This document shows, piece after piece, positions 1 through 11,310 of a stretch of 37,835 bases of DNA. The notes under the pieces were generated by a model. That model was not told the origin of the DNA, ran no database searches, and was given only the letters and a program-made list of their open reading frames with translations. The stretch lies in the NCBI GenBank assembly GCA_023819525.1, contig JAMWCT010000001.1, forward strand, positions 1 through 37,835, written 5' to 3'. Positions within the stretch are counted from its first letter, which is position 1. Every line of letters begins with the position of its first letter. The stretch comes from Candidatus Omnitrophota bacterium. GTDB taxonomy: Bacteria > Omnitrophota > Gorgyraeia > Duberdicusellales > 4484-171. Both the position numbers and the translations under genes were made by a program.

Positions 1-132
1 ATAATAAAACAGAAAAGAAAACTAACATCACCAGATTATCAACCAACGATAAAAATAAATGTAGACAAAAATGATAACTATGTAATAATAACTATAGAGG
101 ACAATGGAATAGGAATAGAATTAAAATTTTAA
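1..132 (+). pseudogene. 3'-truncated histidine-kinase fragment (part of the HATPase_c domain only), entering from the left window edge
   Basis: nt 1-120 are base-for-base identical to nt 3583-3702 inside the full-length kinase gene. They read in the same frame as IIKQKRKLTSPDYQPTIKINVDKNDNYVIITIEDNGIGIE. Identity stops at nt 121 and the frame ends after LKF (TAA 130-132), before the F and G2 boxes. Confidence 0.6.
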
Positions 133-229
133 AATTCATGATAAAATATAATAAAAGTAATAAGAGGAAAAGGAAAAAAATAAATAAAAACCTCATTCCA
201 CTTCGTAAGTGGAAAATAGGGTTTAAAAT

Positions 230-1696
230 ATGAAAAACTTCCACATAAACAAACTCACCAACCCAAAAGGCCTAAAAAAAGACCAATATGATGTAATAAT
301 AATAGGTGCTGGTATTGGAGGTTTAGTTTGTGGTTGTTATTTAGCTAAGGCAGGCTTAAAGGTTTTAATTGTTGAGAAGAACGATAAGGTTGGTGGATAT
401 TGCACTTCATTTGAGAGAGATGGTTATAGGTTTGATGCTTGTGTGCATAGTTTGGGGAGTTGTAGGGAAGAGGGCAATATAGATAAGGTGATAAAAGATT
501 TAGGTTTAAAAATAAAGCTTTTAAGGGCAAATCCTTCATCTATTGTAATTACACCGGATTTTAAAATGGAGATTAAAAATGATAAGTATGAGACTATCGA
601 AAATTTTAAAAAAGTTTTTCCTCATCAATCTTTGGAGATAGAAAAATTTTTTAAATTTATTTTGGAAGAAAATTTTATAGTCTTATTTTTGAAATTGAAA
701 AATAAAACATTTAAAGACTTATTGGATTCTTATTTTAATGATGAAAAATTAAAATGTCTATTAAATATATTTTTAGGAAGTGTGGGTTTACCTTCTTCTT
801 TACTTTCTGCTGTCACTGCATTTATGTTATATCGTGAGTTTATTTTTGATGGTGGATATTATCCAGAAGGTGGTATGCAAATTTTTCCGTCTTTAGTAGC
901 TAAGAGGTTTGAAGAACTTGGAGGGAAAATATTATATACAAGTAAAGTTGATAAAATAGAGGTTGATAAAAAAATTGCAAAAGGCGTTGTTTTAAATAAT
1001 AAAGATAAAATTTTTGCACGATATATAATTTCTAATTGTGACCCATGGCAGACATTTTTAAAATTTGTAGGCAAGAAACACTTAGATAAAGAGTTTATTT
1101 TGAAAATAAAAAATTCTATACCTTCTATTTCAGCATTCGTAGTTCATTTAGGATTAGCAGATAATTTTGAAGGTTTAAATTATCCTGTTGGTTTAAGTTT
1201 GTGGTATTTACAGGATTATTTAAATATTGAGAGATTATTCCTTGATATATTTAAAGGAGATATAAAAGCATCTCAAAAAAATATTCTTATATTTTTCTCA
1301 GATAATCTTTTTCAAGAAAATAAAAAGACACTCTCAATACTTGTAAATATACCTTTTAAAAAAAAGGAATTTTGGATAAAATATAAAAATCATCAATACA
1401 ATAAAATGTTAGAGATACTTAATAAAATATTACCAAATATTTCTTCATTTATTAAAGTAAAGACAATTCTTACGCCATATGATTTATATAAATACACTCT
1501 AAATTATAAAGGTGCAGCATATGGATTAGCTGCTTTACCTAATCAAATTGCAAAAACAGCCTTTTCTTATCATACACCAATTGAAAATCTTTTTTTAGTT
1601 GGTCACTGGACATCGCAGGGAAATGGGGTAGCAATGGTAGCTAAATCTGGTGTGATTGTGGCAAATTCAATTATGAGGAGATGTGGATATAAATGA
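230..1696 (+). CDS. NAD(P)/FAD-dependent oxidoreductase, phytoene desaturase (CrtI/CrtD-like) family
   Basis: N-terminal dinucleotide fold DVIIIGAGIGGLVCGCYLAKAGLKVLIVEKNDKVGGYCTSFERDGYRFD. Its length (488 aa) and C-terminal LVGHWTSQGNGV are typical of the amine-oxidase/CrtI family. The stop overlaps the next start (ATGA). Confidence 0.75.
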   Translation: MKNFHINKLTNPKGLKKDQYDVIIIGAGIGGLVCGCYLAKAGLKVLIVEKNDKVGGYCTSFERDGYRFDACVHSLGSCREEGNIDKVIKDLGLKIKLLRANPSSIVITPDFKMEIKNDKYETIENFKKVFPHQSLEIEKFFKFILEENFIVLFLKLKNKTFKDLLDSYFNDEKLKCLLNIFLGSVGLPSSLLSAVTAFMLYREFIFDGGYYPEGGMQIFPSLVAKRFEELGGKILYTSKVDKIEVDKKIAKGVVLNNKDKIFARYIISNCDPWQTFLKFVGKKHLDKEFILKIKNSIPSISAFVVHLGLADNFEGLNYPVGLSLWYLQDYLNIERLFLDIFKGDIKASQKNILIFFSDNLFQENKKTLSILVNIPFKKKEFWIKYKNHQYNKMLEILNKILPNISSFIKVKTILTPYDLYKYTLNYKGAAYGLAALPNQIAKTAFSYHTPIENLFLVGHWTSQGNGVAMVAKSGVIVANSIMRRCGYK

Positions 1697-3912
1697 TTAG
1701 GCAGCTTTATTCAACCTTATATTTAGTTGGTTCATTTATTGTTTTTAGTTTCGGTATTCTTATTTTTTTAAAAAATAGAAAAAATAAAGTTAATTTTCAT
1801 TGTGGTATATGGTATTTCACCACCTTTATTTGGCTTTTTTTTTATGGATTAATGCTTTTAAGTTCAAATTTTAATCAAGCATATTTTTGGGCAAAGGTTG
1901 GTTATAGTGGAGTAGTATATGTATGCTGCCTTGGAATATTTAACTTTATTATTTCTTTTCTTGAAATCAAAAGTAGGGAAATAAAAATTTTATCTTTTAT
2001 TTTGGGATTATTTGCTTTATATTTACTTTTTTCTATCTGGAGAAACAATGCTTTTATAGATGGTCTTTATCAATATAAATTTGGATTTTACCCAAGGGCT
2101 GGCATGATTCATCCAATTTTTTTATCATTATTTTTTTCTCTTTATTTATGGATGGGTTATAATCTCTATACTAGTTTTACTTCTCAAACTAAAATAAAAG
2201 AATTATCTCCCCTTGATATTTACAGACGAAAATATCTATTTTTAGTAGCTATAATATCTTCGCTTGCATCTTTAGACTTTTTACCTAATTATGGATTTAA
2301 AATATATCCTTTAGGTTTTTTAATTACATCAATCACAATCTACGTCACTTTCTACGCTATCACCAGATACAACCTCCTAGATATCAAAATTGTAGCAGCC
2401 AGATTTATTGTATTTATTGTTGTATATACTTTAGTTTTAGGTTTACCTTTTGGTTTAGTAGCTTTTGAACAGAACTGGCTTGTAAGTATTTTTGATAAGA
2501 ATTGGTTTTGGGCCCCAATGATATCACTTTTTATTTTAGCAACCTGTGGTCCATTTATCTTCCTTTATATAAATAAAAAAATTGAAAACCGCATAAAAGC
2601 AGAGGAACTTCATGCACATCAATTATTAAAGGAAGCAGCAAGAGGGATAATTTTAATACATGACTTACCAAAACTCTTTAACCTGATAACCCATATGAGT
2701 ACTAAAATATTAAAAGTTACGAATGCCTTTGTATTCTGTTACGATAAAAACAATGATGATTTTTATTTAGCATCAATAAGATATAAAAGTAAGTATAATT
2801 ATTTAGAGAGATTAAATAAAGACAATCCCATAATTAAAACATTACTTAACAGCCAAACCCCTTTAGTCTATGAAGAGATAAAAATAAAATCCCAAGAAAA
2901 ACAAAACAATCAATATCAAATATTATTAAAAGAAATGCAAAAACTAAACTCTCAAATAATTATCCCTACCACAGTTAGAGGAGAACTTTTTGCCTTTTTA
3001 GGTTTAGATGCAAAAAAATCCCAACGCACATACACCTCTGAAGATGTCTCAACTCTATGGGCACTATCTTTTCAGGTGGGTTTAGGTATAGAAAACATTC
3101 TTTTATATGAAAGAGAAAAACAATATTTAGCTGAAAGAGCAAGGCGCCAAGCTCTTGCAGATATGGCTCCAGGTGCATCGCATCAGTTTAACAATAGACT
3201 GGCAACAATAAGTGCAATTGTTGATAATTTAGCAGAGCTTACAAAAGATGAATTTAAAGAATTTTCAAAAGAAGAAATTTTAGATACACTTTCCAATCAA
3301 CTTCCACTTCTTCAAGAGGAAATAGGAAAAGCAAAACAAATAACCTCTGTTATCCTACAGAAATCAAAGGTAAAGTTTGAATTTAGCAAGGTTGATATAG
3401 TAAAAGTGATAGAAAATGCAATAAATGCAACTAAACTTAGAAGAGCCAAAGAAAGTCTTGAAGGTATAAAAGAACCACAATTTATAATAAATGCCTCAAA
3501 TGATTTACCAAAACTTACTATTTGTGAGGGAATAATTCAAGATGTATGCGAGAATATGTTTAACAATGGCGCAGATGCAACAATAATAAAACAGAAAAGA
3601 AAACTAACATCACCAGATTATCAACCAACGATAAAAATAAATGTAGACAAAAATGATAACTATGTAATAATAACTATAGAGGACAATGGAATAGGAATAG
3701 AAGAGGAAAATTTAAAAAAAATCTTTACCCCATACTTTACAACAAAAGCCACAGCAGAAAAAGGTATAACAGGAGGTTATGGTTTAGGTCTTTGGATAAT
3801 AAGAGAGTTTATCGAAGATCATGGAGGAAAATTAGAGGTTTCTTCTGAATATACAAAATGGACTAAATTTACAATAAAATTACCAATAAACTTTAAACCA
3901 CCCAACAAATAA
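1693..3912 (+). CDS. Sensor histidine kinase with a polytopic membrane N-terminus, a GAF-like middle region and HisKA-like/HATPase_c domains
   Basis: About 8-9 hydrophobic helices in the first ~300 aa. H-box-like GASHQFNNRLATI, N box NMFNNGADA, G1 IEDNGIGI, F box FTPYFTTK, G2 GGYGLGLWI. Confidence 0.85.
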   Translation: MIRQLYSTLYLVGSFIVFSFGILIFLKNRKNKVNFHCGIWYFTTFIWLFFYGLMLLSSNFNQAYFWAKVGYSGVVYVCCLGIFNFIISFLEIKSREIKILSFILGLFALYLLFSIWRNNAFIDGLYQYKFGFYPRAGMIHPIFLSLFFSLYLWMGYNLYTSFTSQTKIKELSPLDIYRRKYLFLVAIISSLASLDFLPNYGFKIYPLGFLITSITIYVTFYAITRYNLLDIKIVAARFIVFIVVYTLVLGLPFGLVAFEQNWLVSIFDKNWFWAPMISLFILATCGPFIFLYINKKIENRIKAEELHAHQLLKEAARGIILIHDLPKLFNLITHMSTKILKVTNAFVFCYDKNNDDFYLASIRYKSKYNYLERLNKDNPIIKTLLNSQTPLVYEEIKIKSQEKQNNQYQILLKEMQKLNSQIIIPTTVRGELFAFLGLDAKKSQRTYTSEDVSTLWALSFQVGLGIENILLYEREKQYLAERARRQALADMAPGASHQFNNRLATISAIVDNLAELTKDEFKEFSKEEILDTLSNQLPLLQEEIGKAKQITSVILQKSKVKFEFSKVDIVKVIENAINATKLRRAKESLEGIKEPQFIINASNDLPKLTICEGIIQDVCENMFNNGADATIIKQKRKLTSPDYQPTIKINVDKNDNYVIITIEDNGIGIEEENLKKIFTPYFTTKATAEKGITGGYGLGLWIIREFIEDHGGKLEVSSEYTKWTKFTIKLPINFKPPNK
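3583..3702 (+). repeat. Internal copy of the 120-bp perfect direct repeat (partner at nt 1-120)
   Basis: Direct comparison of the two stretches shows no mismatches. The flanks diverge immediately (121 ttaaaatttt versus 3703 gaggaaaatt). Confidence 0.9.
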
Positions 3913-3918
3913 AATTTT

Positions 3919-4287
3919 ATGGCAAATATATTATTTGTAGACGATGAAGAAAATCTCTTAAAGGTATACAAATCCTATTTAGAAAGAAAAGGTCATAATG
4001 TAGTCTATGCTTTAAAAGGAGAGGATGGCTTAGAAATACTTAAAAATCACAAAATAGACCTTTTAATTTTAGACCTACATTTAAAAGAAGGAATGCAAGG
4101 CATAGATGTGTTAAAAGAAGCGCACAACACTTATCCAAACCTAACGATAATGATTTTATCAGGTTTTGGAGGGGATGAGGATGTCATCGCAAAATGCACC
4201 CAACTTGGCGCAAAAAAAGTGCTCAAAAAACCACTCACATTAGCTGAACTAAAAGAAAATATCGAAAAACTTCTAAGCTTAACCTAA
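3919..4287 (+). CDS. Stand-alone response regulator receiver domain (CheY-like)
   Basis: 122 aa. It has ILFVDDEE acidic residues, the LLILDLHL phospho-acceptor Asp context, MILSGFG and KKP motifs, and no output domain. Confidence 0.85.
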   Translation: MANILFVDDEENLLKVYKSYLERKGHNVVYALKGEDGLEILKNHKIDLLILDLHLKEGMQGIDVLKEAHNTYPNLTIMILSGFGGDEDVIAKCTQLGAKKVLKKPLTLAELKENIEKLLSLT

Positions 4288-4499
4288 ATTACACAAAACA
4301 GACCTCGTTTAAAAATGTATAATTGTAAAGATTTAAAGAATAATAGTTTTTCAATTTTTTCATTTTGTGAATTTAATCACAATATTTAGCATAAGGCTAC
4401 AGATAATTAATTTTTAATTTCAAATTAATCAAACTTGGAAAGTTTACTAATTTGGTTTTGGTAATTTTAGTATTTAACCCTACCCTTTTTTTATAATTT

Positions 4500-4508
4500 T
4501 GATATAAT
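4500..4508 (+). promoter_or_regulatory. Candidate extended -10 promoter (TGaTATAAT) upstream of the DUF2905/tgt operon
   Basis: ttTGaTATAAT lies 26 nt upstream of the ATG at 4535, with AGGAGG at 4524-4529. The same TTTTGATATAAT string recurs at 18621-18632. In AT-rich DNA such matches also occur by chance. Confidence 0.35.
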
Positions 4509-4534
4509 TTGTAGGTTTAAATAAGGAGGTTAAA

Positions 4535-6577
<2,043 letters not shown>

Positions 6578-6578
6578 A

Positions 6579-6926
6579 ATGGATAAATTAGCTATTTTTG
6601 AAAAAGAAATGGAAGAAGCTTTTAAAAAAGATTATCCTTCCTTTATGCAAGGAGATATTATTAAAGTTTATTACAAAATTAAAGAAAAGGATAAAGAAAG
6701 GATCCATCCAATTGAAGGTATAGTTATTAAAATTTCTGGCAGCTTGCATAGAAAATCTTTTACTATAAGAAGGATTGCTTATGGTGATGCATATGAAGTA
6801 ACTTTCCCATACTATTCGCCTAATATAGAAAAAATTGAATTAGTTAAGAAAAGTCAAAAATTTCCAAAAAGAAAAAGACTATATTATTTAAGAGAAAGAA
6901 TTGGGAGAGAAGCTCTTCTTACATAA
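6579..6926 (+). CDS. rplS: 50S ribosomal protein L19
   Basis: [15 protein letters not shown]...[11 protein letters not shown]...[30 protein letters not shown]. It sits in the conserved trmD-rplS order. Confidence 0.95.
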   Translation: MDKLAIFEKEMEEAFKKDYPSFMQGDIIKVYYKIKEKDKERIHPIEGIVIKISGSLHRKSFTIRRIAYGDAYEVTFPYYSPNIEKIELVKKSQKFPKRKRLYYLRERIGREALLT

Positions 6927-6940
6927 AATAAAACATAAAA

Positions 6941-7519
6941 ATGATAGTTGGAATAGATGAAGCAGGTAGGGGTCCTTTGGCAGGTGCTGTTGTGGCAGCA
7001 GCTTTATACCTTAAAACTAAACCTTCTTTTCTAATAAAAGATTCTAAAAGACTTTCAATTGTAAAACGGCAAGAACTCTTTTGTTGGCTTTTGGAAAATT
7101 CTCTTTTTTTTATTGGAATATCTACAGCCCAAGAAATTGATAAATTTAACATTCTTAATGCGACATTTTTAGCATTTGAACGCGCAATTGTCGGTTTATT
7201 GAAAAAAGAACCTCTTCTTAATAAAGCAGAATTTATTATAGATGGCCCCTTATTTAAAACTAATTTAAATTTAAAATATACTTGTATAGAAAAGGCGGAT
7301 GAAAAAATCTGTGAGGTTGCATGTGCCTCTATAGTTGCAAAAGTAACAAGGGATTATCTTATGCAAGTAGGTGATTTTTTATTTAGCAGTTGGAATTTTA
7401 GCAAACACAAAGGTTATCCAACGCCTGAGCATATTTATTTGATAAAAAAATATTCACTTTCACCAATACATCGCAAAACTTTTAAACCTTGCATAGAAGC
7501 AGTTTCTAATTATGAATAA
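6941..7519 (+). CDS. rnhB: Ribonuclease HII
   Basis: IVGIDEAGRGPLAGAVVAAA, DSKRLS, ASIVAKVTRD, KGYP. Confidence 0.93.
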   Translation: MIVGIDEAGRGPLAGAVVAAALYLKTKPSFLIKDSKRLSIVKRQELFCWLLENSLFFIGISTAQEIDKFNILNATFLAFERAIVGLLKKEPLLNKAEFIIDGPLFKTNLNLKYTCIEKADEKICEVACASIVAKVTRDYLMQVGDFLFSSWNFSKHKGYPTPEHIYLIKKYSLSPIHRKTFKPCIEAVSNYE

Positions 7520-7859
7520 AGGAACTTTTTATGAAGAAAAAGCAGTAGAATTTTTGAAACTAAAGGGTTATAAAATTTTAGAGAAAAATTTTAAAACCAG
7601 ATGGGGTGAAATAGATATAATCGCAAAGGATAGAAATTATATAACGTTTGTTGAGGTAAAGGCAAGACAAAAAAATTATATGGTTTCAGGACTTGAGGCT
7701 ATTGATAAAGATAAAAAAGATAAAATAATAAAAGTAGCAAGTTTCTATGCTTCTAAAAATTTAGATAGATTTTATCGCTTTGACGTTTTAGAGATTATCC
7801 AACATAAAAACTGTTTTGTTTACAATTTGATAAAAGGAGCATTTGATTCTGGTGACTGA
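7512..7859 (+). CDS. yraN: YraN-family (UPF0102) endonuclease-like protein
   Basis: GYKILEKNFKTRWGEIDIIAKD...ITFVEVKAR, 115 aa, in the conserved position after rnhB. Confidence 0.85.
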   Translation: MNKGTFYEEKAVEFLKLKGYKILEKNFKTRWGEIDIIAKDRNYITFVEVKARQKNYMVSGLEAIDKDKKDKIIKVASFYASKNLDRFYRFDVLEIIQHKNCFVYNLIKGAFDSGD

Positions 7860-8379
7860 ATACTATAAAGAATTTAAGGAATATTTTAACGATCTAACCA
7901 AAACAAAATCTATATATGGAGGCGGAAGTGCACTGGCTTTGGGTTTTTGTATAGGTTGTAGTCTATTGCAGAAGGCGATAAATTATTCTCTTTTAAGATC
8001 AAAAAAGATATTAAAAATTTTAGAAAATAAAAAAAAAGTTATTGGGAAAATTATTGATTTAGATGGTAAAATTTTTAAAAAAATTTTAGTTACAAAAGGA
8101 AAAAATAAAATAAAATATTTAAATAAGAGCCAAAAACTTACTGAATTAGTTGCCTTCTCTTGTAAAGAAATACTTTTACTTATTAAAGAGATAGAGCCAA
8201 GTATAAAAAAAGCAATATTAAGTGATTTTTATATTGCTAAAGAGTTTATATATCTTTGCTTAGTTGGATGTATTTATAATTTAGAGGCAAATAGCCAAAT
8301 TTTTGGCTATCCATCTGAAAATATAAAAGAACTAAAAGTTTTAAAAGCTAAATATGGGAAAGATTTTAGAAGTAAATAA
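7843..8379 (+). CDS. Cyclodeaminase/cyclohydrolase family protein (FtcD/FchA-like)
   Basis: GGGSALALGFCIGCSLLQKAINYS is typical of this helical family, and the gene sits beside folD. The track start at 7843 is TTG. GTG at 7852 is an alternative, so the start is uncertain. Confidence 0.6.
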   Translation: MILVTEYYKEFKEYFNDLTKTKSIYGGGSALALGFCIGCSLLQKAINYSLLRSKKILKILENKKKVIGKIIDLDGKIFKKILVTKGKNKIKYLNKSQKLTELVAFSCKEILLLIKEIEPSIKKAILSDFYIAKEFIYLCLVGCIYNLEANSQIFGYPSENIKELKVLKAKYGKDFRSK

Positions 8380-9202
8380 AATTTATTTTAAATTAAAAAA
8401 TGACCTAATTAAAGAAAGGGCTAAAATAAAACGGCCTTTATGCTTGGCTTCTGTCATCACAACTGAAGATAGCTCATCTAAAATTTATCTTTCTATGCAA
8501 AAAAATATGGCTTACGATTTAAAAGTAAAGTATATACCTGTAGAAATTGAAAGGAATGCATCTTGCAAAAAAATAATCAAAAAAATAGAAAAATTAAATA
8601 AGGATAAAGAAATTACTGGGATAATTTTAAATAAACCATTTCCAAAAAATATAAACGAAAGTTCTATAAGTCAGACTATAGCACCAGATAAAGATATAGA
8701 AGGTATTAACCCATATAATTTAGGCATGCTTTGTATTGGAAAACCAATTTTTATACCGCCCACGGTTTTAAGCATTTTAGAAATTTTAAAAAGCATAAAG
8801 ATTAAAATTTATGGAAAAGATGTAACTATAATTGGTTTTTCCACAATTATAGGAAAACCTCTCGCTATGCTTTTAGGGGAAAAATTTGCAACAGTTAATA
8901 TAACTCATATAGGAACATATGAAGCAAATAGACTACCTTTCTATGTTGCTCAGGCAGATATATTAATCTCTGCTGTCGGAAAACCACATATTATTAAAGG
9001 TGATTGGATAAAAAAAGGAGCGATTGTTATTGATGTTGGTATAGCAGCAAAAGAAAATAAAATAGTTGGAGATATAGAAGTTGATTTAGCCATTAAAAAC
9101 GCTTCTTATATTAGTCCTGTTCCGGGAGGGGTTGGGAAACTTACCCCACTTTTTCTTTTTAAAAATCTTTTTAAAGCCACAAAACTAAATAAATTTATAT
9201 GA
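8354..9202 (+). CDS. folD: Bifunctional methylene-THF dehydrogenase/methenyl-THF cyclohydrolase
   Basis: PDKDIEGINPYNLG, VTIIGFSTIIGKPLAMLL, ADILISAVGKPHIIK, VIDVGI, SPVPGGVGKLT. Confidence 0.92.
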   Translation: MGKILEVNKIYFKLKNDLIKERAKIKRPLCLASVITTEDSSSKIYLSMQKNMAYDLKVKYIPVEIERNASCKKIIKKIEKLNKDKEITGIILNKPFPKNINESSISQTIAPDKDIEGINPYNLGMLCIGKPIFIPPTVLSILEILKSIKIKIYGKDVTIIGFSTIIGKPLAMLLGEKFATVNITHIGTYEANRLPFYVAQADILISAVGKPHIIKGDWIKKGAIVIDVGIAAKENKIVGDIEVDLAIKNASYISPVPGGVGKLTPLFLFKNLFKATKLNKFI

Positions 9203-10131
9203 GAAATTTAACAATAATAGGGGCTGGAGAAAGTGGTATAAATTTAGTAAAATTTTTAAGAGAAAAGGAAGCAGAATTTAAAATTTTACTTATTGATAAA
9301 AATGATTATTATTTTGATAAGAGTGAATTTATTTCAACATTAACTTGTAATAATAAACTTTTAATTTCTGATTTTGCTACAAAAATGAATATAGAATTTA
9401 TTAAAGATAAGGTTTTAAAAATAAACTTAAAAAGTCGCAAAATTTATTTTAAAGAATATCAAGCACGAGAATTTGATATACTCGTAATAGCAACAGGCCT
9501 TGTTTCTAAAAGATTACAAATAGAAGGCCAACACCGTCAAGGTTTCTTTTACCTTTCGGATATAGACCCATTTGATGTCTTTAATTTGTTAAAAGTCACA
9601 AATGAAACTACTGTATATGTTTCTACAATCTTAGGTTTAAAATTAGCTTTGTGTTTAAAAAAAATAGGAAAAGAAGTAAAGATTGTTTTTTCTGATTTAG
9701 ATTTTCTTTGCGACTATAAAGAAAAAATTTTAGATTTTTTACAGCAAAAAAATATTGATTTCTATCTACATGCTATCATAGAAGAGGCAATAGGTGAAAG
9801 CACAATAAAAGCAATTAAAATTTCGCCACTTAAAGTATTTTCTTCTCAATTACTTTTTGTTGATAGTGGATTTTTGGCAGCGTTAGATTTATTTGAAGAA
9901 GGAGTTAAAATAAAAGATAATTTTTTTTGTGATTATGAAGATATTTATTTTATAGGTGATGTTATAAGGAGCCAAAAAGATTATTTTTATTTAACTAATA
10001 AAGAAGATGCTAAATTACACGCAAGGCTTTTATCAGATTTTATTTTAGGAGGAAATTTTCCTTATTTTACACCAAAACAAATTACTATTAAAGAAAAAGA
10101 AGATGCTATTTTAGATTTATTAAATTCCTGA
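9199..10131 (+). CDS. FAD/NAD(P)-binding oxidoreductase-like protein (pyridine nucleotide-disulfide oxidoreductase fold)
   Basis: N-terminal LTIIGAGESGINLVKFL...ILLIDKND and DILVIATG. The second dinucleotide motif looks degenerate. The specific function is unknown. Confidence 0.5.
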   Translation: MRNLTIIGAGESGINLVKFLREKEAEFKILLIDKNDYYFDKSEFISTLTCNNKLLISDFATKMNIEFIKDKVLKINLKSRKIYFKEYQAREFDILVIATGLVSKRLQIEGQHRQGFFYLSDIDPFDVFNLLKVTNETTVYVSTILGLKLALCLKKIGKEVKIVFSDLDFLCDYKEKILDFLQQKNIDFYLHAIIEEAIGESTIKAIKISPLKVFSSQLLFVDSGFLAALDLFEEGVKIKDNFFCDYEDIYFIGDVIRSQKDYFYLTNKEDAKLHARLLSDFILGGNFPYFTPKQITIKEKEDAILDLLNS

Positions 10132-10149
10132 TTTTAAAAAGGAGGAGTC

Positions 10150-11310
10150 ATGGCTGAGTGGATAGGTATAGGTAGGCGCGCACGTAGATGTTATGGATTT
10201 GATGAAATCGCACTTGTTCCGGGTAAAATTACAATAAATCCGGAAGAAGTTGATACCTCTTGGGAGTTTGCTGGAAAAAAATTTTCTGTTCCGATATTAG
10301 CAGCTGCAATGGATGGGGTAGTTGATGTGAATTTTGCCGTAGAGATGTCAAGGTTAGGTGGCATAGCGGTATTAAATTTAGATGGCATCCAAACAAGGTA
10401 CGAAAACCCCCAAGAAGTTTTAACAGAGATTACAACAGCAAATGCTACAGAGGCGACTAATTTAATTCAAAAAATATATTCTGCCCCTATTAAAGAAAAA
10501 TTAATTGGGAAGAGGATAGAACAGATAAAATCAAAGGGCGGATACGCTGCTGTGAGTTGTATTCCACAAAATGCTTCTCAATTTGCACCTATTGCTGAAG
10601 AAGCAGGTGCTGATTGTTTTGTTGTTCAGTCTACTGTAACCACAGTAAAACATATCTCTACTCAATATCAAGCTTTAGATTTACATAAGTTTTGCAAAGA
10701 AAGAAAAATACCTGTAATTATTGGAAATTGCGTTACTTATGATGTAACATTAGAATTATTAGAAACAGGTTGTTCTGCGATTCTTGTGGGGGTAGGTCCT
10801 GGGACATCTTGCACTACAAGAGGGGTTTTAGGTATAGGGGTTCCGCAGGTTACAGCTACTATTGATTGTGCTCAGGCAAGAGATTTTTATTATCAGAAAA
10901 CCGGAAAATATATACCAATCATAACCGATGGTGGAATGCGTAGAGGGGGAGATGTATGTAAAGCCTTTGCTTGTGGTGCGGACGCCGTAATGATAGGGTC
11001 AGCTTTTGCAAGAGCAAAAGAGGCTCCGGGAAAAGGTTTTCATTGGGGTATGGCTACTTCCCATAGCAATTTGCCAAGAGGCACAAGAATAGAAGTTGGG
11101 GTATCTGGAACTTTAGAGCAAATTCTTTATGGGCCAGCTACAGTAGATGATGGTTCTCAAAATTTAATGGGCGCTTTAGCAACATCTATGGGTTGTTTAG
11201 GTGTAAGAACTATAAAAGAGATGCATTTTGTAGAAATTATTATTGCTCCTTCAATACAAACAGAAGGAAAATTATTTCAGGTTATACAAAGAGTTGGGAT
11301 GGGAAAATGA
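10150..11310 (+). CDS. IMP dehydrogenase-related protein lacking the CBS pair (GuaB3-like)
   Basis: 386 aa. FDEIALVPG, catalytic-loop-like [47 protein letters not shown]. There is no CBS insertion. AGGAGG lies at 10141-10146. Confidence 0.8.
   Translation: MAEWIGIGRRARRCYGFDEIALVPGKITINPEEVDTSWEFAGKKFSVPILAAAMDGVVDVNFAVEMSRLGGIAVLNLDGIQTRYENPQEVLTEITTANATEATNLIQKIYSAPIKEKLIGKRIEQIKSKGGYAAVSCIPQNASQFAPIAEEAGADCFVVQSTVTTVKHISTQYQALDLHKFCKERKIPVIIGNCVTYDVTLELLETGCSAILVGVGPGTSCTTRGVLGIGVPQVTATIDCAQARDFYYQKTGKYIPIITDGGMRRGGDVCKAFACGADAVMIGSAFARAKEAPGKGFHWGMATSHSNLPRGTRIEVGVSGTLEQILYGPATVDDGSQNLMGALATSMGCLGVRTIKEMHFVEIIIAPSIQTEGKLFQVIQRVGMGK

Noticed and set aside
196-214. An 8-bp hairpin (TTCCACTT-cgt-AAGTGGAA) just upstream of the first gene, considered as a terminator or riboswitch fragment.
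   Set aside because: No T-run follows on the + strand. The T-run is on the minus strand, where no gene would use it. The loop is only 3 nt, and no conserved riboswitch motif is recognisable. It may be incidental or a small regulatory stem, with not enough evidence to call.
11193-11306. A 38-codon N-terminal extension of guaA given by the ORF track.
   Set aside because: The extension lies entirely inside the GuaB3-like gene and has no GuaA homology. GuaA proteins begin close to the IL(I/V)LDFGSQY strand, and ATG 11307 forms an ATGA junction with the upstream stop.
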